Notes: generated from the sequence alone by a model not told the origin. Numbered from the whole stretch's first letter, positions 1 through 13,489 are shown. The stretch: 63,891 bases of DNA, filler included, from Octopus bimaculoides (GCF_001194135.2; 7 parts of 6 records of this genome joined end to end with filler, not necessarily neighbours in it); one strand, 5' to 3'. Program-made: numbers and translations.

Positions 1-225
1 GTGTATGAGTATTTGTGAGTGTGCCTGTGTTTGCCCCTTCCCCATCGCTTGACAACTGGTGTTGGTGTGTTTACGTCTCCGTAACATAGCGGTTCGGCAA
101 AAGGGACCCGATAGAATAAGTACTAGGCTTACAAATAATAAGTCCTGAGGTCGGTTTGTTCGACTAAAGGTGGTGCTCCAGCAAGGCCGCAGTCAAATGA
201 CTGAAACAAATAAAAGAATAAAAAA
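1..225 (+). mobile_element. SINE family B, 3' half
   Basis: Body GTTTACGTC..CGTAAC.TAGCGGTTCGGCAAAAG...GGTGCTCCAGCA.GGCCGCAGTCAAATGACTGAAAC with AAAAGAATA tail; the same sequence recurs many times in the window. Confidence 0.85.
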
Positions 226-930
226 AGCTGAATTTCGATGCAGGAGAAATTCCTCTAATCCTTGCATGGCCACTACGCTAGAACGGTGAGATCGACTCTG
301 TTTATGTTCTGTGTAAATTATTGCGGGTCCATCACCCGTGGGAAAGATATGAGTTGGGAGACGATTCTAGCGGACCAGTGTTCTCGAGACTAAAGTATGA
401 GTCTAGAAGTGGGGTGTTTTGTATCCACCCGACCTGAGTATAATGAGGCGTGGATGCAATAAGGGTGACAAGAGATGGAGAGACGAGTGCGGGTGATGGA
501 AGATAATAGATCAAAGTGCTCCTTGGAGTAGAGGCTGTTATTGTAGTGATAGAAGAGCGAGAGAGAGGGGGAGAGAGAGGGGGGGGAGAACGTGACTGAG
601 AAAGGGAGAGAAAGAGAGAGAATGGGGGAGAGAGTGGTTATATCACGTCTATGGGACAGAGGCTAATGTGTGTCTGTTAGTGATTAAATATGATTTAGAC
701 AAGTGTCCTTTCATTGGACGCCTTGAATACTGACTGTGTTCATAACAGCAAAAATGTCCTAGATGTAGGCGCAGTACTCCATTGAGGGCTTCACTTGAAA
801 GAAAAATAAAACGAAAATTGTGACCTTTAGAATGTGTTTAGTCACAGATGTATTCAGCCAAAGAGAAACAAAGAGTAACAAAGCGACAAAAGAAAAAGTA
901 GCTTAGTCACACGTAAGCAAATGTGACATG

Positions 931-1150
931 TACGCAGGGTTGTTGAAAAGTTCCTGGGTTTAGATAAACGAAAATACAGGAGGACCAGTTAATTATGATT
1001 TTATTCGACGTATTTCATTCTCAGATTCGCACGCCTATTGCAGTGGTTCTTCAGTTTTTCTAAGCCCTGTAAAAGAACTCAGAAGGTTATGCCTCAAATC
1101 AGGCCTTTCGCGATACTCTTAAAGCTAGGAAGTTTTCAGAACTCCTCGTA
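931..1150. mobile_element. Tc1/mariner-type MITE (~220 bp)
   Basis: TA at 931-932 and 1149-1150. Imperfect inverted termini TACGCAGGGTTGTTGAAAAGTTCCTGG / CTAGGAAGTTTTCAGAACTCCTCGTA. Interior matches the reverse complement of 53291-53487. Confidence 0.8.
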
Positions 1151-1229
1151 GCATGCAGAATGTAGCGTGCTTTTGGTAATTGTTTAAGGTAGTTATATAG
1201 TCGCAAGAAGACATAGAGACTCTCTCGGC

Positions 1230-1900
1230 CGTCTTACTCTTGATTCAGCGTAACATCCAGGATATAAGAGCAGAGGTGTCGTAGGCTGGAATGCGAGGGT
1301 TACATTAGCGCTGGGTTAGTACACATTTTTCATCTGACAAAAAGTGAAGCAACAAGAAATGATGTACCTTACTTAAGGACACAATGCGCTGGTAACAACA
1401 AACAACGCCAAGACCGCTTACTGTAGCAAGAAAGCGAGCTAGGAGTAGCAGCCAAATTTCCCTCAAATCACACTCTATCACCTCTGGTATGGAAAGGGTA
1501 TATTGGGTACTGTATTTGAAAACTAATTTCAAAATAAGACAAAATAGCAGCGATTAAGATGAACAGATACCTGAATCCACTTGCGTAGCTAGAGTGTGTG
1601 CCGCCCGGGGCAGCCCTTCCGTTTGCCACTCACGGACCCTACAAAAAACACATATTGCCTACAGTAGACCCAAATGTGGTGCCATTTTAAAAGTACTGCC
1701 CGGAGCAGACTGCACCTGACACCCACTCCCCTAGGTACGATAGTGCCTGAGTCTATTCCACTTATGTGACCTCTGTTAAAAGGCCTACGACAGAGTAAAA
1801 CATTAAACACCTTGGCCAGAGACCCTAGATTTTATGGCCCTGGTACTGCCAAGCCTGTTCGTACATACAGGACTACGAGATCATTACAATTAGAACCTTC
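1230..1900 (-). mobile_element. Decayed retroelement fragment, possibly a LINE 3' region
   Basis: GC-richer island with broken minus-strand ORFs (1305-1532, 1589-1810). The motif GTGTGATTTGAGGGAAATTTGGCTGCTA near 1445-1480 (-) recurs at ~41065-41100, ~58400-58440 and ~61690-61720 (-). Family not resolvable by eye. Confidence 0.4.
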
Positions 1901-2244
1901 CATCAAGGATCACCTCAATAGAATTTAACCTAGGGCTAAGCAGCAACACCATCAACAACGACAATAACAACAAAGCGGTGAACGCAGTATATTTACTTTC
2001 GCTATTCCTTTTGCTTCTGTCCACGCGGGTGATTTAGAATTACTGCCACCGCTCGTTGCCAGGTCTTTTTCGTATCCTGGCATTCAAACAATCTGTTTAC
2101 TCAAACTAGGAAGACACAACCGCGGTGAAGAATTCTAAAATCTGGTGGGAAATTAACAGAAGTTATTGCCAGAAATATGCCAACACACGATTCCAAACCC
2201 ACAGTCTTCAGTGTCATGTAATGATGATAATAATAATAATAATA

Positions 2245-2744
2245 ATGGTTTCAAATTTTGGCACAAGACCAGCAAAGTTCCGGGGAGGAGTTAAGTCGAT
2301 TACATCGACCCCAGTGCTCGACTGCTACTTATTTTATCGACCCTGAAAGGATGAAAGGTAAAATCGACCTCGGCGGAATTTGGACTCAGAAATTGAAGAC
2401 GAACGAAATGCCGCTAAGCATTTTGACCGGCATGCTTACGATTCTGCCAGCTCACCGCCTTAATGATGATAATGATAATAACAACAACAACAACAACAAC
2501 AACAACAATAATAATAATAATAATAATAATAGTTTCAAATTTTGCCAGAAGGCAGCAATGGGGGGGGGGGATGAGTTGATTACATCGACCCCCAGTGTTT
2601 AACTGGTACTTATTTTATCGATCCCGAAAGGATGAAAGGCAAAGTCGACCACAGCGGAATTTTAATTCAGAACTTACCAACGGGCGAAATACCGCTATGC
2701 ATTTCGTCCAGCGCGCTAACGGTTCTACCAGCTCGCCGCCTTAA

Positions 2745-2750
<6 letters not shown>
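2245..2750 (-). mobile_element. Two tandem copies of tRNA-derived SINE family C, separated by (AAC)n/(AAT)n
   Basis: Copies ~2245-2460 and ~2530-2745 share the central block ACTTATTTTATCGA.CC.GAAAGGATGAAAGG.AAA.TCGAC and a tRNA-like head on the minus strand. Confidence 0.85.
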
Positions 2751-2800
<50 letters not shown>

Positions 2801-3283
2801 ATAATAATAATAATAATAATGATAATAATAATAATAATAATAATGATAATAATAATGATGATGATGATGATTTTAGCCTTGGTATATAACCTGCGATTTT
2901 GTTTTCGTTGGAAGATGAGGGAATTGACGTACCGATGAATTTTTAGGGAGCCGAACGAAATTATTTCGTCCGACTTTATGTTCTGAGTTCAAATTTCACT
3001 GCCGTCGACTTTCATCTTTCTGGAGTTGATAAGATAACTACCAGTTGAGCTCAGGGATCCATGCAGGCGACTAGCCCCCTTTATTTCTAATTGTGCCTAC
3101 AGTAGAAAGGATATTGTGTTATATTTATTATATCAAACGTTGACATTTCTTGGCTTAGCTGTTTACAATCGTCGTGTACACTAGAGCCAAAAGGAGAAAC
3201 TATGAATGGACTGACAACTTTTGGTAGACTATGGTATCACATAAATACATGTACATATACACACCATTGTACACCTATGCTTA

Positions 3284-3285
<2 letters not shown>

Positions 3286-3380
<95 letters not shown>
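3286..3380 (+). repeat. (CA)n microsatellite
   Basis: Perfect dinucleotide run. Confidence 0.95.
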
Positions 3381-3382
<2 letters not shown>

Positions 3383-3529
3383 AGTGTTCACATTTTGCTG
3401 AATGACCTGCATAGATTATTTGTTTACAGTGATCAAATGCATGTGCTAGTTCACCCCATCCATCACAATCGACGCTGATTGAACAGGTTCACGGTGTACC
3501 ACATCGGTATCCAGGTGATCGTAGACCAA

Positions 3530-3800
3530 CATGTTACCACAACACAGAACACTAGGATTTGTTGGATGAGAATGGTATTAAAAAGCTTCAATGGCCAAGC
3601 CACTCACCAGATATGAACCCTATTGAACACCTCTGGGGCACGCTATAAAAAGAACCCTTAAAGCCAGATCTTTTTAGATTACTGTATGAAACTTCACAAG
3701 AAATTCTGCAAGAGAATATTCGTCATCTGATCAGTAACATGCCTAACAGAGTCCTTGCATTGAAAAATGCAAAGGGCATATCTACTAAATATTAGATATT
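3530..3800 (+). mobile_element. Tc1 transposase C-terminal remnant
   Basis: Translates to [28 protein letters not shown] and LISNMPNRVLALKNAKGISTKY*. These match the Tc1 WPxxSPDLNPIE(H/N)LW motif and the SMPxR...AKGG.TKY C-terminus. Contains an internal stop. Confidence 0.85.
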
Positions 3801-4639
3801 CATATTATAACAATTAAAAAATAATTTGAATGTATAATTTCAGGTTTAAATAAATGTTGATGATTATAAGGGTGTCTATTTACTTTTGTTATGTCTGTGT
3901 AAATATGAGGCGTTTAGTAACAGACCGTCGTAAGCGTCACAACTTAAAAACCGAGAAAAATTCAGTCAGAGTTTCGCGACATTCTGAATGCGATATCTCA
4001 GCAAGGAATGAAGTTAAGAAGCTGGTTTTGGTCTTAAAATGACCGTGAAAACCTCCTCTAACCATTCCACGTAGGTAAAATTAGTTATCTATACATGCAT
4101 CTGAAAGTTGAAACAATGACTGCGTCTTTCTCATTTTGTAGAATATACCGGTACTATGAAACGGTGTATCGCATTGCATATTTTAGCCATAATACTTCGG
4201 AAAAACGTACAGAGACCCCCCGCAAAAGTATTTCTTGTGTTTTAATATACCAAGGTAAGTATCTTTTAGGAGATAAGTAAGACAAGATAGCAAGATGATA
4301 GCCCATTATCGTTACGACGGTAACGAGGAATATTAGGGAATGAGCCATAACACCTAAAAAAAAAAGAAAAAGCGATACAAGGACCACATCAACGTTATTG
4401 CTTGCACGTCTGCGCTTACGATGGTGTGTTACAAAACTCTCTGGACTGAGATAGGGTGAGCGAGCGTCGTGTCAATAGCGTCGAGGTACGGTTCTTCTCA
4501 GCCAGATTTTCGGCCTTATTGCAAGCTTCGCCGGTCCTTCCTCTCAACCTTTTCGGATTCTAGACGTCGAGACAAAGAAAATGATACACTAACCTCGAAA
4601 ATGGTCAGGGTGGCACTTACGACTCTCTTACTAAACGCC

Positions 4640-4843
4640 TCATATATTCTTTTACTTGTTTCAGTCATTTGACTGCGGCAGTGCTGGAGCACCGCCTTAA
4701 AGGGTTTCTAGTCGAACAAATCTACCCGGGGACTTATTTTTTAAGCCAAGTACTTATTCTATCGGTATCTATTACCGAACTGCTACGTTACGGGGACGTA
4801 AACATACCACCACCAGTTGTCAAGCGGTCATGGGGTGGGGACG

Positions 4844-4845
<2 letters not shown>
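4640..4845 (-). mobile_element. SINE family B, 3' half
   Basis: TTTCAGTCATTTGACTGCGGC..TGCTGGAGCACCGCC...ACGTAAAC is the reverse complement of 1-225. Confidence 0.85.
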
Positions 4846-4897
<52 letters not shown>

Positions 4898-5433
4898 GTA
4901 ATAGTGAGTCTATTATGATGACGAATATTCTCAATTTAATCAGCTGAACATCATATTCACTGAACTGTAGCAGACGTGACACAATATTCCACATAAACAT
5001 GTGAAATATTTACGTAATCCGCACAGAGAGAAAATACGGTACAAAAATAATTCTCTGTCAATAATTGATGGTATGTACGATCCATCCGGCGAATATTCAT
5101 AACATGTCTTGGGTAGACTCTAGCATATTATACAAGCCACTTGTCGTTTAGGGCATCAAGTTTGTGAAACAAGCGTCTTAGTTATTCCTCCACGAATTTT
5201 TCTACATTTTTCCACGTGTTTATAAATCTAAATCAGTTCTATATATAAAATGAAAGATGCCCATTGTATAGATATATATGTCTACATATTTACGTTCATG
5301 TGCGTGTGTGTGTGTGTCCACCCGCCATCACTTGACAACCGATGCCGGTACGTTTATGTCCCCGTAATATATATATGAACATACAGCTAATGTGTAGATA
5401 AATAAATAGACAGAGAGACGGAGAAAGTGAAAG

Positions 5434-5472
<39 letters not shown>

Positions 5473-6109
5473 CAGAGAGAGATGTACGAATGTATGTATA
5501 CATTTTTTTCATAATTTATCGATTATCCCGGTTCGTTTATTGTCGAAAGGGGATATTCTAATATTGATTGTTGTCATTTCACAAGGTTCAAGGCCAAATT
5601 TTGTAGTGAATAGCCTACAATGCACCACACAGTAATCCCCTGTGTAATTACTGCTATGTACTTTTACTTAAGCCAACGTCTCGCCGGAGCATGAGACTCG
5701 TTTAACCCTTCAAGAAAATGGTTCGTTCTCTTTTGTTTTCCAAAGAATGAAAATAAAAGAATTCAGCATTTTATAATTTGTCTTTCTAGCCCCATTTCTA
5801 CAAATTCCAACACACCTGGGACCTATCATAACAAAATATACCACCACTACTACTACTACTGTAGTACTACTACTACTACTACTACTAATAATAATAATTA
5901 GTTACAAGAACAAGACGATTTTATATTAGGGGGTCTTTTAATAATTGCTTCGGGACTTCGTTTTTTGAAACGCTACTCTGACTTACGTACCGATAGTAAC
6001 CATATGTATGTGTACGAAGAGGTACATTAAGCTAGGTCGGTGTGAGTATATAGTTGTGTGTGTGTATATGTGTGTGCGTGCGTAGTTATATAGGTATGTA
6101 ATTACGTGC

Positions 6110-6152
6110 GTATGTATATATATATATATATATATATATCTACAGATACCCA

Positions 6153-6209
<57 letters not shown>

Positions 6210-6284
6210 GTCTGTCTGTCTGTCTGTGTCTGTTAGTCTGTCTGTCTACTAATCTACCTATCTAACTTTTCTGTCTGTCCGTAA

Positions 6285-6318
<34 letters not shown>

Positions 6319-6336
6319 TTATCTCTTACACTATAA

Positions 6337-6399
<63 letters not shown>

Positions 6400-6470
6400 T
6401 TTACACACACACACACACACTGAGACACGTATGTATGTCTGTACGTGTATGTATGTATGTATGTATATCT
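6110..6470 (+). repeat. Compound microsatellite (TA)n/(TATC)n/(TGTC)n/(CA)n
   Basis: Directly visible. Confidence 0.9.
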
Positions 6471-7221
6471 TCAAATCAAAGATCACTCACTCCAAATGCA
6501 TATAGGCAACATGAAATAGTTTAAAATAGAAATACGCACACACTTGTACACGCGCACGCACACACACATGTGCGCGTACTCACACACATACCCACAGACG
6601 CCCACAAGCACAAACACGTGTGAATGTTGAAACATGATGAAATCTATCTGTCTATATATGTGTGTGTGGGTATACACACGCACACACAGAGACACCGACA
6701 CAGACAAAGACACACAAATATACCTACATATATATATCGCATGCAGCCTCGGAGTTATAGATGTATATAAGCAGCGGTCATACTGGAGCAAGGCTAGGAA
6801 GGGCCGATCACATTTATATCTGTATGACTACTTATTTTAGCGCTCCTCATTTGTCGAATTGATAGATCACACGTTTTTAACCTGATGCCGGTAAAGCCTC
6901 ACAAAGTGGCACCGGTTTTTCTTTGTAGTCAAAATCTTTGGCACACAAGCATCTGTATAACCTTATCCACAATCATACAAGCATGGTCATATATGTATGT
7001 GTGCGCATCCACCCACCCACACAGACACACACACACTCACACTCACACACACATACACACACACAAGCACTCATATAGAAATATATTTACATATACACAC
7101 TTTTACACATGTATATTTGTATATACATACGTACACACACACGTAGATACACACATACATACACATACACATGTATATGCATACAATATATATATATGTA
7201 TGTATGTATCTATTTATCGAT

Positions 7222-7281
<60 letters not shown>

Positions 7282-7314
7282 TTATCTATCTATCTATCAC
7301 ATTTCTCCTGCATC

Positions 7315-7500
7315 ACTCATTGGATTGCGGCCATGGTAAAAGAAACGGCTTGAAGGGTTTGGGTTGAACGGATCGATTCAAATAATCTATTTTACCTTAA
7401 GCCTGGTACTTATTGAATCTTCTAAGTTACAGGGACGTAAACAAATCAACACCGGTTATGAAGCCATTAATGAAGCACAACCACCAATCTTCAGACACAC
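7315..7500 (-). mobile_element. SINE family B, 3' half (diverged)
   Basis: GGATTGCGGCCATG...AGCCTGGTACTTATT...GGACGTAAAC matches family B. Confidence 0.7.
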
Positions 7501-7505
7501 ATGCT

Positions 7506-7561
<56 letters not shown>

Positions 7562-7661
7562 NNNNNNNNNNNNNNNNNNNNNNNNNNNNNNNNNNNNNNN
7601 NNNNNTTAATTAATTAANNNNNNNNNNNNNNNNNNNNNNNNNNNNNNNNNNNNNNNNNNNN
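7562..7661. other. Artificial 100-bp assembly linker (44N + TTAATTAATTAA + 44N)
   Basis: Identical structure at 22630-22729, 27343-27442, 40188-40287, 42704-42803 and 61436-61535. The 12-mer puts stop codons in all six frames. Confidence 0.95.
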
Positions 7662-8229
7662 TATATACATATATACATACACATGTGTGTGTTGATATGT
7701 TTATATAATCGTACCTATATGTATATAATAGTAACATGTGATATAATACTAGCAAAGGAGTTAATAGGTAGAACATTAATTCTCTTTGGTAAAATTTAGT
7801 AATAAACATAAATGTGTTTAAAATTAGCAAATTAAATATAAACTTAATAAAAATTAATTGAATTTGCATAATTTTGGGCAATCAATATTTTTCAATAATT
7901 GCTGTTTACTTACGTGTATGTTATTGTTCATATGTTCAGTCACACCATTTATTCAAAAGAAAAATTAAATAATGTTTGTTTGATGATTCCTAGCACACTC
8001 ATTTAAATGTTCATTCACAGATATTTGAGTGTTGCTAAATAAACGAATCTACGCGCTATATAACCTTATTCCTTTTCTTAATGTCTTTCCTGCTTGTCCT
8101 ATATAATTGTCTCTACATTGCGAACAAGTAATATATATATAAGGTTGTTTCACATGAAATGTATTTTAAAGGTAACAATAAAATGTTTCAGAAGTGTTAG
8201 AGAACTGACTTTTTACCCAACGTTTCTCT

Positions 8230-9240
8230 ATGTTATATATTCCATCTTAAAACAAAAATTCATCTTTTGCTCTGATAAATTGTCCGAATACTTCAATTAC
8301 CTCTTCTCTTTTTAAGAATGTTTTGTTACTTATGAAAAGATGAAAATGCTTAAATAAATAATAGTCAGTAGGAGAGATATCAGGAGAATAGGGAGGATGT
8401 TGCAAAATCTCATAATTCAGGCTTTGCAACTTTTGGAGCGTAACTTGAGGAGTGTGAGGACGTGCATTGCCGTGGAGCAGTATTGGGCCATCTCTATTCA
8501 CTAGTCTGGGTTGTTTCTTTTTCAAATTCTCATGCATACAATCAATTTTCTGGCAATTTCCTGTTACCGTTTTTCCTTGTTGCAAAAAATGAATAATGAA
8601 TAACTCCCTTCGCAGACCACCATACAATGACCACTAACTTTTTAGGGTGCAATGGTGGGTTTGGATAGTGTTTAGGTGACTCTCCTGCATCTAATCACTG
8701 CCTTGTTCTCCTGCAGTTGTCAAAGAGTATCCATTTCTCATCACAAGTAATGACTTTATGCAAAAATGGTCTTTTTCCAGTCGAGAAAGCAATAAGGAGC
8801 ACACTTCGAGGAGTCTGATTTTTTAAAAATCTCGTTCGGTTGATGTGGAACAAACCTATCCGTTTTCTTGACTTTTCCAATTTTTTTACAGTTTTACAGG
8901 TGTCCAAAAAACAGTTGGGCGAGATGTTTGGAGTTCTGATGAAACTTTCCGAACCTTTGTTCTCGGATTTTGTTCAACCAAATAACTGATTTTGGCTTAC
9001 CCCTTGGTTTACTTTCAAGGCTATCATCTCCTGAATGAGAGCTTTGGAATCATTTCTGAACAGTTCTGATGTCAACAAAACCATTACCAAAGGCCCGCTT
9101 GATAGTCCGTAGAGCTTCTGCAGCAGAGTGACTCAGTTTATACTCATACGAGAAAATCACTCAACATAGCGTGCAGATTCGTTTATCTAGCAACACTCAA
9201 CATGTGACACTTATTTTATGATTAAAATGAGCTGCATTGT
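8230..9240 (-). mobile_element. Decayed mariner (DD34D, Mos1/SETMAR-like) transposase
   Basis: N-terminal EALRTIKRAFGNGFVDIRTVQK*FQ...GDDSLESKPRGKP (~9000-9120), KVITCDEKWILFDN (first D), ILLHGNARPH and LQHPPYSPDISPTDYYLF (YSPDL motif). Multiple frameshifts and stops. Confidence 0.9.
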
Positions 9241-9268
9241 TCAGCTAATTTTCCTCAGCTACTTTCTT

Positions 9269-9590
9269 CTAAACCTCTATATTGGCAAAACTTGGTCGAC
9301 CAAATCGAGGAGAATCTGCTAGATAAAAAATTCCCGGAGCGAATCCGATGAAGCTATCGTTTTCCCATCTGGATACTAAAAGCTTCATTTCCATTGACAA
9401 GACAAATATTTGTTGCCGCTTCCATTTTAAAAAGGTAAATATCGATACGAATTTAACCAATGAGGTACAAATAATCTACAAAGAATGGAAAAGAAATTGG
9501 AAAGTGAAAAATTAATACTTATTTTACGTCCATTCAAAGTGATTGTGTTAAAATGTGACAGGTCTTTCTTTCCAACCAAATAAACAACTA
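9269..9590 (-). mobile_element. Second mariner 5' fragment
   Basis: LADSPRFGRPS resembles the mariner LEDEPRSGRP motif. TIR-like end TTCCAACCAAATA near 9575-9585. Confidence 0.5.
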
Positions 9591-10044
9591 GTCATGGTCT
9601 TGTGCCTAACTAAAAAATTGGTCTAGTTTCGAGTTTTGTAGATTAATTTTACAAAAAAGGAATAGGAAATCGATTTGGTGCCCAGAAGATATATCTGTTT
9701 TTTTTTTAATTCTTTTTTTTTTATAGCGCTATCTTCGAAGAAATAATTTATATTGTCTGCCGGAATAGCACTCTTCACAGCAGAATAATTAATGTAGAGC
9801 ATATAACTAATATAACTATATTTTGCAGATGTAAAGGGAGAAAAGGGAGAAAGGGAGAGAAAGAAACCAGGAGAGGAGGAAGCGGTTTCATTTACTGATT
9901 GCAAAACTGCGGAACAAACAGTGAAATAACAAAGAGGACAATTTGATGTGCACATTTGACTTTGAGCAATATGTTAATTATAATCAAAGAAATTTAAAAA
10001 GAAGCGATTGTCGTGGGTTCTATTTCATTGAGTAAGGAGATTGA

Positions 10045-10092
<48 letters not shown>

Positions 10093-10342
10093 TATTACCA
10101 TCATCATCATTACCATCATCATCGTCGTAATCGTCGTAAACGTCGTCGTCGTCATCATCGTCATCATCATCATCATCATCATCACCACCAGCAGCAGCAG
10201 CAGCAGCATCATTAGAAGCAATAATAGTAGTAGTAGCATCATCATCATCAGCAGCAGCAATAGTATAACAAGAGCAGCAATAGTATAGCAGCAACAGCAT
10301 TACCCATGATCATCGTCGTCGTCATCTTCGTCGTCGTCGTCG

Positions 10343-10385
<43 letters not shown>

Positions 10386-10457
10386 TGTCAAGACTGATAT
10401 AAAATTAATCGCAGCAGCAGCAGCAGCAGCAGCAACAATAACAATAACAACAACAAC

Positions 10458-10514
<57 letters not shown>

Positions 10515-10520
10515 CTGAAA
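10045..10520 (+). repeat. Compound trinucleotide microsatellite (ATC/GTC/AGC/AAC)n
   Basis: Directly visible; source of several homopolymeric pseudo-ORFs. Confidence 0.95.
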
Positions 10521-12149
10521 ATAATGTTTTCCGTTTAATATGACAATCAGCAGCAAGAAAAAGGGGCAAACGCAGGACAATCCAAACAAACAAACAAATA
10601 ATAATAACCTACATAACTAAAAAAAAAGAAAAACAATAAATAAACGAACGAAAATGCTACGCCTTAAAATAAATAAATAAAACATATAAAATAAATAACA
10701 ACACAAGAAAACCAAGGTAAAGCTCTTGTAATATTGGTAATGTTTAAATTGGAATATGGTAGAATTTGAGTGGTACCGATATGGGAAGGTTTTAAATGGA
10801 CAGATTTACGATTTAACAGATAGATTTATGCCAGCCTCTAGATGTGAAAGACAATAATGGACTATATTTATACTCATTTAATTATGCTACAGTTTGGAGA
10901 GGAAAAGCAAAACAAATAATAAGGAAAACGAGGGAAAAGGAAAGAGGAAAAATATAGATAGACCGGTGGCAAATGTTTGTTGTAATATTGCATGCTGGGA
11001 GATAATAAAAATTAAAGTAAAAATCCATTAGTTACAGGTTCTTTTTCAAGATTTTCTATGTGATCTGAAAAATAATCTTTGGCGTGGACACTTTGTTTTG
11101 CAAGATAAAGCTAACTGCTTCCTTGCACGCAATTTAACAAGTAAGCGAACATTTTTACTGATGGGATAACTAGAAAAGTAAAATAAATGCAAAAGGCAAA
11201 AAAAAAAAAAAAGTAAGAAAAAGAAATGCAAAATAAAACAAAAGCGAAAGAGTAAGAATGGTACTTGCAATGGTAGATTTTATTACCAGCGATTCTTGCA
11301 CAAGCAGCAGCAGCACCACCACCACCACCACCACCAATACCACCACAACTATCACAGCTTCTAGGACTGTATGTCAGTACCCACTGCCAACTTTACTACT
11401 GCCACCGTCGCCACNNNNNNNNNNNNNNNNNNNNNNNNNNNNNNNNNNNNNNNNNNNNNNNNNNNNNNNNNNNNNNNNNNNNNNNNNNNNNNNNNNNNNN
11501 NNNNNNNNNNNNNNNNNNNNNNNNNNNNNNNNNNNNNNNNNNNNNNNNNNNNNNNNNNNNNNNNNNNNNNNNNNNNNNNNNNNNNNNNNNNNNNNNNNNN
11601 NNNNNNNNNNNNNNNNNNNNNNNNNNNNNNNNNNNNNNNNNNNNNNNNNNNNNNNNNNNNNNNNNNNNNNNNNNNNNNNNNNNNNNNNNNNNNNNNNNNN
11701 NNNNNNNNNNNNNNNNNNNNNNNNNNNNNNNNNNNNNNNNNNNNNNNNNNNNNNNNNNNNNNNNNNNNNNNNNNNNNNNNNNNNNNNNNNNNNNNNNNNN
11801 NNNNNNNNNNNNNNNNNNNNNNNNNNNNNNNNNNNNNNNNNNNNNNNNNNNNNNNNNNNNNNNNNNNNNNNNNNNNNNNNNNNNNNNNNNNNNNNNNNNN
11901 NNNNNNNNNNNNNNNNNNNNNNNNNNNNNNNNNNNNNNNNNNNNNNNNNNNNNNNNNNNNNNNNNNNNNNNNNNNNNNNNNNNNNNNNNNNNNNNNNNNN
12001 NNNNNNNNNNNNNNNNNNNNNNNNNNNNNNNNNNNNNNNNNTCGTCATTAGAATCGTCATCATCATCAACAATAACACAAACAAAACCAACACTACTATT
12101 GCCATCACAGCAGCAACATCAGCGAAAAGACCACCGTGAATTAAACACG

Positions 12150-12490
12150 GACACCTCTTCCCACATGGGACACGACCAGTGAGATTTCCCAGTCAGCATT
12201 TTTCAAATCACAAACAATTCCCGATTAAGCGCCAATTCTCCAGCTGCCTCGCCACATTTATCCAACCAGCTCGTAATATTGTCCAGCCATTTCCTTTTTT
12301 TGCATGTCCCTTAATCTACTACTTTCTACCTCGCCTTCCGTCATAATTATTTCCAGACCTCTACTTCTTCAAATATGGCCATAATAGAGGAGCTTCTGTT
12401 TTTCCCCAGTCTTCACTTCTAGTCTTTCACCTATTTGTAACAACCATTCATTCGTCCGATGGTTCTTGCATGAGACTCGTAATATTTATC
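12150..12490 (-). mobile_element. RTE-clade LINE, decayed ORF2 C-terminal remnant
   Basis: Minus strand reads RTNEWLLQIGERLEVKTGEKQKLLYYGHI*RSRGLEIIMTEGEVE... then WLDNITSW. This fits the RTE pattern TNEEVL...KLxYFGHIxR...G.VEG...W.DNI. Confidence 0.75.
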
Positions 12491-12527
12491 AATACACCCG
12501 TATTTCAAATATATATACACACACAGG

Positions 12528-12920
12528 GGAGGCGCAATGGCCCAGTGGTTACGGCAGTGGACTCGCGGTCATAGGATCGCGGTTTCGATTCCCAGACCGG
12601 GCGTTGTGAGTGGTTATTGAGCGAAAACACCTTAAAGCTCCACGAGGCTCCGGCAGGGGATGGTGGCGAACCCTACTGTACTCTTTCATCACAACTTTCT
12701 CTCATTTTTTCTTCCTGTTTCTGTTTGTACCTGTATTTCAAAGGGGCGAGCCTTGTCACACTCTGTGTCACGCTGAATATCCCCGAGAACTACGTTAAGG
12801 GTACACGTGTCTGTGGTGTGCTCAGCCACTTGCACGTTAATTTCACGAGCAGGCTGTTCCGTTGATCGGATCAACTGGGACCCTCAACGTCGTAAGCGAC
12901 GGAGTGCCAACAACAACAAC
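12528..12920 (+). mobile_element. Full-length tRNA-derived SINE family A
   Basis: A box TGGCCCAGTGG (~12538-12548), B box GGTTTCGATTCC (12581-12592), body and (AAC)n tail. Other copies at 18208-18488 (+), 19975-20335 (-) and 47215-47420 (-); a related copy at 32685-32965. Confidence 0.9.
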
Positions 12921-13255
12921 AGGGTGTTCAATTTAAAAGTTCACACAGTTGTGTTTATTAATAGTTATAAAGAATGTGCTATATTATGGATAAATCTACT
13001 TTTATTAGAATGCTCATTTAAAAGTTACAACGTCAAACTGGTTACAAAAGGTATTGAAATTGTTGGCTGCCACGTTGTAGAAATATGTCAACGCGACGGC
13101 GTTTGTTCTGCAACACATTAATCAAAATTTCACGTTGAATATTTTGGACAATATCAGTAATATCCGTACAAAGTTCATCAAGTGTATGCGGATTCTTTGC
13201 AAACACAGCGTCCTTGATACAGCGGATTCTTTGCAAACACAGCGTCCTTGATACA
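12920..13255 (-). mobile_element. Tc1/mariner-superfamily 3' remnant with TIR
   Basis: TIR-like CAGGGTGTTCAATTTAAAAGT at 12920. Minus-strand C-terminus KNPHTLDELCTDITDIVQNIQREILINVLQN...GSQQFQYLL*. Contains a 34-bp tandem duplication (~13188-13256). Confidence 0.7.
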
Positions 13256-13485
13256 GCTGGCAGAAACATTAGCACGCCGGGCTAATTGCTTAGCGGTATT
13301 TCGTCTGTCTTTACGTTCCGAGTTCAAATTCCGCCGAGGTCGACTTTGCTTTTCATCCTTTCGGGGTCGATAAATTAAGTACCAGTTACGCACTGGCGTC
13401 GAGGTAATCGACTTAATCCCTTTGTCCGTCCTTGCTTGTCCCCTCCACGTTTAGCCCCTTCTGGGCAATAAAGAAATAAGAAACG
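13255..13485 (+). mobile_element. SINE family C
   Basis: GCTGGCAGAAAC.TTAGCACGCCGGG...GAGTTCAAATTCCGCCGAGGTCGACTTTGC.TTTCATCCTTTCGGGGTCGATAAATTAAGTACCAG. Confidence 0.85.
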
Positions 13486-13489
13486 GTTT

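Noticed and set aside
7606-7617. TTAATTAATTAA motif repeated six times, as a biological site
   Set aside because: It is always centred in exactly 44N + 44N, which marks an assembly spacer.
9994-10593. Poly-M/L/I/D/Q/C ORFs, and similar ORFs at 14896-15927 and 21341-22059
   Set aside because: Translations of trinucleotide microsatellites with no splice or domain evidence.
11258-12139. Long ORFs in the ORF track, here and at other N gaps (e.g. 24022-25089, 50847-52031, 55522-56736)
   Set aside because: Their length comes from N runs translated as X.
12528-12600. tRNA gene
   Set aside because: A and B boxes are present, but the sequence continues as a multicopy SINE body and does not form a full cloverleaf.
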